From: Myxococcota bacterium
Lineage (GTDB): Bacteria; Myxococcota_A; UBA9160; UBA6930
Assembly: GCA_965223705.1 (NCBI GenBank)
Contig: OZ245015.1
Location: 704,001 to 768,000, forward strand
Direction of reading: 5' to 3'
Length of the DNA: 64,000 nt
Numbering within the stretch: the first letter of the stretch is position 1; each line of letters opens with the position of its first letter. Made by a program: the position numbers and the translations under genes. A model generated the notes under the pieces. It was given only the letters and a program-made list of their open reading frames with translations, searched no databases and had not been told where the DNA came from. Shown here in pieces: positions 57,163 through 64,000 of the stretch.

Positions 57163-58395
57163 TCAGAGGAGCACGCCGGCTACACAACCTGTCATCAGCG
57201 TCGCAAGGGTTCCGGCGACGATCGCGCGCGGCCCGAGCTCGGCGAGTTCTCCGCGGCGCGCGGGAACCATGCCGCCCATGCCTCCGAGGAGAATCGCAAG
57301 CGAGCCCAGATTGGCGAACCCACACAAGGCGTAGGCTGCGAGGATGCGAGTTCGTTGCGAGAGAACTTCCGGCTCTAGCGCGGCGAGTTCTCCAAACGCG
57401 AGAAACTCGTTGAGGACGGTCTTTACTCCCAGCAACTCGCCGACCGTGCGAGCCTCGCTCCAGGGAATGCCCAGCAACCAGGCGACCGGCGCAAAGATCG
57501 CGCCCAGGCCCCGTTCGAGGGAACCGTTCTCGACGCCGACCCAGCTGCTGACCGCGCTGATTCCGGCGTTTGCCAACGCGACCAGCGAAACGAACACGAC
57601 CAGCAGTGCGCCGACGTAAACCGCCAAGCGAAGCGCGGCGAGGGCTCCTTGCGAAGCGGCGTCGATCACATTGCGTGTCTCTCGGGGTGGGAGCGCGGTG
57701 GGCGAACTCGCTCCGCCGGAGTTCCCGTCATCGGGAATCATGATCTTGGCGACGACAATGCCGGCTGGTGCCGAAATCAGGCTCGCCGCGACGAGATGTC
57801 CCGCGAATTCCCCTCCACCTAGCATTTGGGAGTACGCGACCAGCACGGAGCCTGCGACCGTTGCCATCCCGGTCGTCATGACACAAAACAACTCCGACCG
57901 GCTCATGTTGGCGAGGTAGGGACGGATGAGGAGCGGCGCCTCGGTCATGCCGAGGAAGACGTTGGCGGCCGCTGCCAGGCTCTCTGCGCCCGACAACCGC
58001 ATCGGCCCAGACAGGAGTTTCGCAAAGCCGTGAACCGCGAGCTGCACCAGGCCGAAGTGGTAGAGCACGCCGATCAAACTGCCGCTAAAGACGATGACCG
58101 GAAGCACGTGAAGCGCGATGGAGAAACCACCTTCGGCCAACGGACCGAACACAAACGCGACGCCTTCCTCGGTGTAGGCCAGCAAGCGTACGAACGCCGC
58201 GTTCGCGCCGACAAAGAACGCGCGACCCGGCGGTGTGCGGAGCAGCAGGAGAGCCATGGCCAACTGCAGTCCGACACCCCACAACACCAAGCGCTTCGGG
58301 AACGAACGTCGAGATGAAGAGCAGGACCACGCGAGGCCGATCAGCACGAGCAGTCCGAATGCCGAGTGCAAGCGCTCGAGCAGCTCGCCACTCAC
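57163..58395 (-). CDS. nupC: NupC/CNT concentrative nucleoside transporter
   Basis: SGAESLAAAANVFLGMTEAPL, GMATVAGSV, K...NEF, ALCGFAN; GTG start overlaps the thiE stop. Confidence 0.9.
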   Translation of the reverse strand: MSGELLERLHSAFGLLVLIGLAWSCSSSRRSFPKRLVLWGVGLQLAMALLLLRTPPGRAFFVGANAAFVRLLAYTEEGVAFVFGPLAEGGFSIALHVLPVIVFSGSLIGVLYHFGLVQLAVHGFAKLLSGPMRLSGAESLAAAANVFLGMTEAPLLIRPYLANMSRSELFCVMTTGMATVAGSVLVAYSQMLGGGEFAGHLVAASLISAPAGIVVAKIMIPDDGNSGGASSPTALPPRETRNVIDAASQGALAALRLAVYVGALLVVFVSLVALANAGISAVSSWVGVENGSLERGLGAIFAPVAWLLGIPWSEARTVGELLGVKTVLNEFLAFGELAALEPEVLSQRTRILAAYALCGFANLGSLAILLGGMGGMVPARRGELAELGPRAIVAGTLATLMTGCVAGVLL

Positions 58396-59030
58396 GCGTT
58401 GTCCCAAGCGCTCGCCAGGGCGCGCACCGCGGCCCCGGGGTCGTCGGCTCCGGCGACGGCGGATATCACGGCGAAGCCCGATGCACCGGCCTCGCGGACC
58501 GCGGCGACCCGGTTGAGGTCCACGCCGCCGATCGCGATCACGGGAATCCCGGCCGCGGCGCCGACCGCTTCCCGCAAGGCCGCAACCCCGCGCTCGTCGT
58601 ACGCCGAATGCTTCGATCGGGTCCCAAACACCGGACCGAAACCGAGGTAGTCGACGCACTCCTTCACCGACCGCGCAACGTGCGAGATCAAGTGGGTCGA
58701 ACGCCCGACGGCGAGTGATTTCCGCGCTTCCGGGGGGATGGCCTCCGGGGACAGGTCATCCTGACCGAGGTGGACCGCGTCGGCCTGGGCGGCCAAAGCG
58801 ATATCGAAGCGGTCGTTGACGACAAATCGTGCGTCGTGTGCTCGCGCGGCCCTTTGAATCGATCTCGCCCAGTCGAGTACTTCGGCGTCGCGCGCATGTT
58901 TCGCGCGCAGCTGAACGACCCGGGCTCCGTTCTCGAGCGCGATCTCCGCTTGCAAGGCGGGGCCCATCGACCAACGCGGATTGTCATCCACGAGGACGTG
59001 AAGGCCTTCGAAGCCCGTCCCGGTTCTCAC
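58392..59030 (-). CDS. thiE: Thiamine phosphate synthase
   Basis: VQLRAK, VNDRFD, VHLGQDD, GRSTH, GPVFGT.SK, AIGG; GTG start overlaps the ntrC stop. Confidence 0.93.
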   Translation of the reverse strand: MRTGTGFEGLHVLVDDNPRWSMGPALQAEIALENGARVVQLRAKHARDAEVLDWARSIQRAARAHDARFVVNDRFDIALAAQADAVHLGQDDLSPEAIPPEARKSLAVGRSTHLISHVARSVKECVDYLGFGPVFGTRSKHSAYDERGVAALREAVGAAAGIPVIAIGGVDLNRVAAVREAGASGFAVISAVAGADDPGAAVRALASAWDNA

Positions 59031-60445
59031 GATGCGTCGGATCGGTCGATGCCGAGCGCCAGGATCTTCTTGCGCAACGTGTTGCGATTGATGCCCAGCA
59101 GCGCCGCCGCCTGGATCTGGTTCCCCTCGGTTCGCGCGAGCGCGCACTCGATCATCGGCTTTTCGACGCGCGAAAGAAGCTCACGATAAATGTCTTCGGG
59201 GTGTTCATCTCTCAACGCCCGCTCGGTTTCTTCAGTCACGAGCGCCTCCAGTGTCGCGGCCTGGGCGGGTTCGCGTTCGTTCGTCAGGAACGCGAAGTCG
59301 TCGGGCGCGAGAACGTCCGTCGAGGCGAGCACGACGGCACGCTTGATGGCGTTTTCCAGCTCGCGCACGTTTCCGGGCCACGGGAGCTCCCGCAGGAACG
59401 CAATCGATTCGTCTGACAGGTGCTTTTCGCGAGACGAAAACTCCGCGCCATAACGCGTGACGAAGTAGTTCGCGAGGTTCTCGATGTCTTCGCGCCGTTG
59501 TCGCAGCGGCGGGAGGCCGATGGGAACTACGCGAAGTCGATACAAGAGATCTTCGCGAAAACTGCCGTCGCGTACTGCGGCGTCGAGGTCGCGGTGAGTT
59601 GCCGCGATAATTCTGACGTCGACATGCGCTGCCATCTTCCCGCCGACCGGCGTGACCTCGCCGCTCTGGAGGACACGCAACAATTTCGCTTGGAGCTCAA
59701 GGGGCATATCGCCGATCTCGTCGAGAAACAGCGTGCCTCCGGACGCCTCGCGAAAGCGCCCCTCTCGCCGGTCCACCGCTCCGGTGAATGCACCGCGTTC
59801 GTGGCCGAACAGTTCGCTCTCGAGCAGCTCACTGGGAATCGCCGCGGCATTGATCGCGACGAACGGTCGATCGTGCCGCTCGCCCGCGGCGTGGATGGCG
59901 CGCGCGACGAGTTCTTTGCCCGTGCCGCTTTCGCCGGTGACGAGCACTGAGACGTCTGAGCGCGCGACGCGCCCGATCGTCTTGAAGACCTCGAGTAGCG
60001 CCGGACTGCGGCCGACGATCCGTTCGCCGCTCTTCTCGCTGACTTCCCGGCGAAGGGAGCGAACTTCGTTGTTCAAGTCCCGAGCGCGAAGGACCTTGCC
60101 GACCAGCAGGGAAACTTCGTCCATGCCGAAGGGCTTGACGAGGTAGTCAAAGGCTCCTCGTTTCATCGCCTCAACGGCGTTCTCGAAGGTATTTTGGGCG
60201 GTGATCACAACGATCGGAAACGTCCCGCCGGCCGAGCGCACCCGCTCCAAGACCTCGAGGCCCGAGAGCCCCGGCATGCGGATATCGAGAAACGCCATGT
60301 CGAAATCCTGCGAGGAAAGTACTTCGAGCGCGGACTCGCCGTCGGACGCTTCGACGACGTCCATCGCCTGGGCCTCGAGAATTTCGCGGAGCACGAAGCG
60401 GATACTGTCTTCATCGTCGGCGATGAGAACACGACCGGAGGCCAT
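59027..60445 (-). CDS. ntrC: NtrC-family sigma54-dependent response regulator
   Basis: Receiver domain, GESGTGKE, GAFTGA, FLDEIGD, WPGNVREL, HTH GNQIQAAALLGINRNTLRKK; dusB-ntrB-ntrC synteny. Confidence 0.85.
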   Translation of the reverse strand: MASGRVLIADDEDSIRFVLREILEAQAMDVVEASDGESALEVLSSQDFDMAFLDIRMPGLSGLEVLERVRSAGGTFPIVVITAQNTFENAVEAMKRGAFDYLVKPFGMDEVSLLVGKVLRARDLNNEVRSLRREVSEKSGERIVGRSPALLEVFKTIGRVARSDVSVLVTGESGTGKELVARAIHAAGERHDRPFVAINAAAIPSELLESELFGHERGAFTGAVDRREGRFREASGGTLFLDEIGDMPLELQAKLLRVLQSGEVTPVGGKMAAHVDVRIIAATHRDLDAAVRDGSFREDLLYRLRVVPIGLPPLRQRREDIENLANYFVTRYGAEFSSREKHLSDESIAFLRELPWPGNVRELENAIKRAVVLASTDVLAPDDFAFLTNEREPAQAATLEALVTEETERALRDEHPEDIYRELLSRVEKPMIECALARTEGNQIQAAALLGINRNTLRKKILALGIDRSDAS

Positions 60446-60447
60446 AA

Positions 60448-61521
60448 CTAGATTCTCCTCAGAGGCAGGATGACGTGTACTTCCGCGCCGCCGCCGGGTC
60501 GGTTCCCGACCTGGAGAAAACCGTCGTGCAGGTTGACCCAGTGTTGCGCTACGGCGAGTCCGAGCCCCGTGCCCCCCTCTCGGTTCGTCACAAACGGCGT
60601 CGTGGCGTCGGGAAGGATGGTGGGCGAAAACCCGGGTCCGCTATCGCAAATGCGCACGCGCAACCTGGGGGTCCGAGGCTCGCCGGGCTTCGCGGATTGG
60701 TGGTCGAGGGTCAGGCGTGTCTCGATCTCGACGCGGCGGCTCGGCCAATCGCTCACCGCTTGGTACGCATTGCGCAGGAGGTTGAAGAACACTTGCGTCA
60801 ATCGGTTCGAATCGCAGAGGAATTCCGGTAGCGAAGGATCGTACGCGCGCTGGGTCGAGACGCCCGTCGCCACGGGGTCGTGTTCGAGTACGTCGATGAC
60901 ACCGTCGAGGATTTCGTGGATGTTCGCCAACCGCACTTCGATTCCGTCCGATGCACTGAAAACCATGAGTTCGTCGACGAGCGCGGCGATGCGGGTCGCT
61001 TCGCGGACCACCAACTGAGCCGTCTCCCGCGTCTTGTCGTCGGTCGCGCGATGCGAGAGGAGCTCGCCGGCGCCGCGAATCCCAGCCAGAGGATTCTTGA
61101 TCTCGTGCGCCAACCCGGCCGCGATGTGCCCGAACGACTCGTTGCGGTCGCGTTCCTCTTCGAGTTGACTCAAGCGCTTCTGGAGCTCGCGGTTGCGCAG
61201 TACGACGAGGGCTCCGTTCACTCGCTCGTCGCGATCGCGCAGCGGCGAGACGTTGACGTCGAGTTGCCAACTGCCGCGCGAACGCGAGTCGATGGCGACG
61301 TCTCCTTCGGACGCCGAGAGCCCCTCGTCGAGGACACGTCGCGCGAGCCGGGCGACGGTGTGCTCGGCGCCGAAGATTTTTTCCACCGGCAATCCCGAGG
61401 CGTTCGTCACTTCGAGGTAGCGATAGGCTGCGGGGTTCACTTCTTCGACCTCGCCCTTCTCGCCGAGAACAACAACGCCCGCCAGGATCGCGTCGAGGAT
61501 GTCGGATAGATCGCGCGTCAC
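60448..61521 (-). CDS. ntrB: NtrB-like cytoplasmic PAS histidine kinase
   Basis: PAS domain, LAHEIKNPLAGIRGA H-box, YDPSLPE, NLLRNA, DSGPG, GTGLGL. Confidence 0.85.
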   Translation of the reverse strand: MTRDLSDILDAILAGVVVLGEKGEVEEVNPAAYRYLEVTNASGLPVEKIFGAEHTVARLARRVLDEGLSASEGDVAIDSRSRGSWQLDVNVSPLRDRDERVNGALVVLRNRELQKRLSQLEEERDRNESFGHIAAGLAHEIKNPLAGIRGAGELLSHRATDDKTRETAQLVVREATRIAALVDELMVFSASDGIEVRLANIHEILDGVIDVLEHDPVATGVSTQRAYDPSLPEFLCDSNRLTQVFFNLLRNAYQAVSDWPSRRVEIETRLTLDHQSAKPGEPRTPRLRVRICDSGPGFSPTILPDATTPFVTNREGGTGLGLAVAQHWVNLHDGFLQVGNRPGGGAEVHVILPLRRI

Positions 61522-62534
61522 GCCGCAGCCCTTTCCCGCGCTTTTTCGTCGATCGTTTCGAGGTATTCCACCGCGCGTTCCGCCAGGGCTGTCGCGGAAT
61601 CGATTCCCGCTGCGCTGCTTCGGAACCGCCGCGCGTTGGGAAGTCCGCGGACGAGCGAAGCCACGGCGCGGCGCAGTGGGTGAAGGCGGCTCGCCGGGTC
61701 GGGAAACTCGAGTTCGAATAACGGCAGGCTCTCTCGGAAAGCACTCCGTCGATCCGCCGGTGAGCGGTCATCCCCGAGGAGTTCCGCGAAGAGCCAAGGG
61801 TACGCGCTCGCGGCTCGGCCGATCATCAGTCCGGAGGCGCCGCTGTCGCGAAGCGCCCGTCGCGCACTCTTCGCATCGACGACGTCGCCGTTGGCGAGGA
61901 CCGGGACCGAGACCGCGTCGACGACGGCTCGGACCGCGGCATAGTCCGCGGTGCCCCGATAGCGCTGCACGCGGGTTCGGCCGTGGACGGTGATGAGGTC
62001 GGCGCCCGCGGCGGCGCAGCGTCGCGCGAGTTCCGGCGCGCTGCGGTCCGACGCGTCCCAACCCGAGCGCATCTTGACCGACAGGGAGCCGGGAAAAACC
62101 GCGCGCATCGCCGCGACGCAGGCGGACAGACGCTCCGGGGTGCGCAGCAGGGCGGCTCCAGCCCCGCCGCGGATGAACTTGTCCACCGGGCAGCCCGCGT
62201 TCAGATCGATCCACGACACCCGGTGCTCCGACAGCCAGGCGCCGGCGTCGGCGAGCTCGGCCGGATCGCCGCCGAACAGCTGCACGGCGGTTCCGGGCTC
62301 GAGGGTGAAGGCCGGTAGGCGCGCCGGGGTTCTGCGCTCGCGGCTGGGATCGGCGAGCCACCGGAGCAGGCCGCGCGCCGAGAGGGTCTCGGTAAACACA
62401 CGCGCCGCGCCGCCCCGACGGGCCAACACACGGAATCCCGCGTTCGATACCCCCGACATGGGCGCCATCACCAGTCGATGGCGAATTCCCAACGCCGCGA
62501 GCTCCCGAGGTGTCTGCCTAAATAATGAGCACAT
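61518..62534 (-). CDS. dusB: tRNA-dihydrouridine synthase (DusB/NifR3)
   Basis: MAPMSG, VQLFG, IDLNAGCP, SVKMRSGWD, HGRT, NGDV, MIGRA. Start uncertain. Confidence 0.88.
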   Translation of the reverse strand: MCSLFRQTPRELAALGIRHRLVMAPMSGVSNAGFRVLARRGGAARVFTETLSARGLLRWLADPSRERRTPARLPAFTLEPGTAVQLFGGDPAELADAGAWLSEHRVSWIDLNAGCPVDKFIRGGAGAALLRTPERLSACVAAMRAVFPGSLSVKMRSGWDASDRSAPELARRCAAAGADLITVHGRTRVQRYRGTADYAAVRAVVDAVSVPVLANGDVVDAKSARRALRDSGASGLMIGRAASAYPWLFAELLGDDRSPADRRSAFRESLPLFELEFPDPASRLHPLRRAVASLVRGLPNARRFRSSAAGIDSATALAERAVEYLETIDEKARERAAA

Positions 62535-62611
62535 CGACCCGAAGCTAGCAGGCCCATCGCCCGCTCGCGCCGCTCCGCCAGGAACCGTCGTCCCCGCTAC
62601 TCTCGGGCGCG

Positions 62612-63853
62612 ATGCTCCGCGGAATCTCCGTCGCCGACGCGCGCAAGATCGTGCTCTCCGACGTCACTGCGTTGCCCGCAGAGACGGTGGCGAGCAGTGA
62701 GGCGTCGGGCCGTGTCCTCGCCGAGTCCGTGGCCGCCCGCTTCACGCATCCGCCCGCCGATTGCTCGGCGATGGACGGCTACGCCGTAGCGGCGTCCGAT
62801 CTCGCGGGCGCCTCGGGGGCCTCCCCTGTGGTGCTTTCCCAGGCGTATGAGATCGCCGCCGGAAACCTCACACCGCCCCCGCTCCCGGCGGGCCAGGTCG
62901 CACGGATCTTCACCGGAGCACCGCTTCCCGCGGGTGCCGACAGCGTCGTTCGCCAGGAGGACACCCGATCGGATGGGGCCGACATCGCGTTCGAGATTGC
63001 TCCCGAAGTCGGCGATCACGTGCGCCGCGCGGGGGAAGACGTCCGCGCGGGCGATTTGGTGCTCGCCGCCGGAACCCTGCTGCGGTCCCCGCAGATCGGC
63101 ATGCTCGCAGGGCTGGCGCGCACCCTCGTGCGGGTCCACCGGCGACCGCGCGTGACGCTCATCTCGGGAGGAGACGAGCTCGTCGAACCCGACCGCGCGG
63201 TCGGGGACGGGCGCATCGTGTCGTCGAACGCGTACGCGCTCGAAGCGGAGTGCCGCGCACTCGGCGCGGTGCCTTCGAACTTGGGGATCGCCGGCGATTC
63301 GCCCGGGGCGCTCGAGGCGATTCTGCGCGAGGGGCTCGCAACCGACGTCATCGTCAGCAGCGCGGGTGTGTCCGTGGGAGATCACGATCACGTACGCCCG
63401 GTACTCGAGCAGCTCGGGTGCGAAGTCGCATTCTGGGGCGTGAACATGAAACCCGGCTTCCCGGTCGTGTTCGGGCGGTTCGCGTCCGGACCGCTGGTGT
63501 TCGGGCTGCCGGGGAATCCGGTGTCCGCGTTCGTCACGTTCCTGCTGTTTGTCGCACCCACACTCCGCAAGCTGCTCGGCTACCGACGATTGTTTCTCCC
63601 CAAGGTCACGGCGCGGGTGGCGGAGACGCTCACCAAGACCGCGGGTCGCACGCACTTCGTCCGGGTTTGCCTCGACGAGGGGGTCGGCGGGTATGAGGCG
63701 CGGACGACGGGAAACCAGAGTTCCGGCGTGTTTCGTTCCCTCGCGACGGCGGACGGCCTGCTCGAATTTCCGGCAGAAGCGACGGAGATTCGAGTGGGAG
63801 ACGAAGCCGTCGTACATCTGATCGATCCCGTGCGACTGGGAAGCGAAGCCTAG
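62612..63853 (+). CDS. moeA: Molybdopterin molybdotransferase MoeA
   Basis: SAMDGYA, IFTGAPLP.GAD, GDEL, GVSVGD.D, KPG, GLPGNPVS. Confidence 0.95.
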   Translation: MLRGISVADARKIVLSDVTALPAETVASSEASGRVLAESVAARFTHPPADCSAMDGYAVAASDLAGASGASPVVLSQAYEIAAGNLTPPPLPAGQVARIFTGAPLPAGADSVVRQEDTRSDGADIAFEIAPEVGDHVRRAGEDVRAGDLVLAAGTLLRSPQIGMLAGLARTLVRVHRRPRVTLISGGDELVEPDRAVGDGRIVSSNAYALEAECRALGAVPSNLGIAGDSPGALEAILREGLATDVIVSSAGVSVGDHDHVRPVLEQLGCEVAFWGVNMKPGFPVVFGRFASGPLVFGLPGNPVSAFVTFLLFVAPTLRKLLGYRRLFLPKVTARVAETLTKTAGRTHFVRVCLDEGVGGYEARTTGNQSSGVFRSLATADGLLEFPAEATEIRVGDEAVVHLIDPVRLGSEA

Positions 63854-64000
63854 GAACGGAAACCGATGTCACTACCGGTCACGTCTCTAACGGTGCCTTT
63901 CGATGGCACGTTTGATCTCGCAGCCGCCCCTACGGCGTTCCCCGGAGAGCGCCTTTCGAAGAAACACGCGCGCAAGGCGCTGCGCCGCGAGGTAGCGCGG

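Overview
This is a GC-rich, gene-dense 64-kb stretch of core chromosome from a diderm bacterium. bamD, lolA, pilT, a PilZ protein, a GAFTGA-type sigma54 activator, DUF1844 and the conserved gene orders point to a Myxococcota/former-Deltaproteobacteria lineage; that assignment is inference. Most of the window is housekeeping: ssb, ftsK-lolA, mreB, mltG-ruvX, pgpA-cinA-thpR-recA, pilT-alaS-ispG, ispE-tRNA-Gln-prs-rplY, rpsF-rpsR-rplI-dnaB, peptidoglycan recycling genes, thiD/thiE, dusB-ntrB-ntrC and moeA. The standout is a complete, apparently intact Pup-proteasome operon at 10118-16823 (arc-dop-pup-prcB-prcA-pafA), in actinobacterial gene order but in a Gram-negative-type host. It shows several atypical traits: a near-consensus sigma54 (-24/-12) promoter with an upstream AT-rich IHF-like region, a Pup with a ~23-aa N-terminal extension and 9 lysines, a 31-aa block identical in Dop and PafA, and a membrane-anchored coiled-coil gene where pafBC/tatAC usually lie. 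Secondary points include a MocR-pdxS-pdxT unit with a three-motif operator sitting where pth normally is, an S6:S18-like rpsF leader, an alpha/beta hydrolase lacking its nucleophile Ser, a long three-domain-type IspG and an mreB without mreCD. I saw no CRISPR array, transposase, integrase or rRNA. All family calls come from motif recognition by eye, not database searches.
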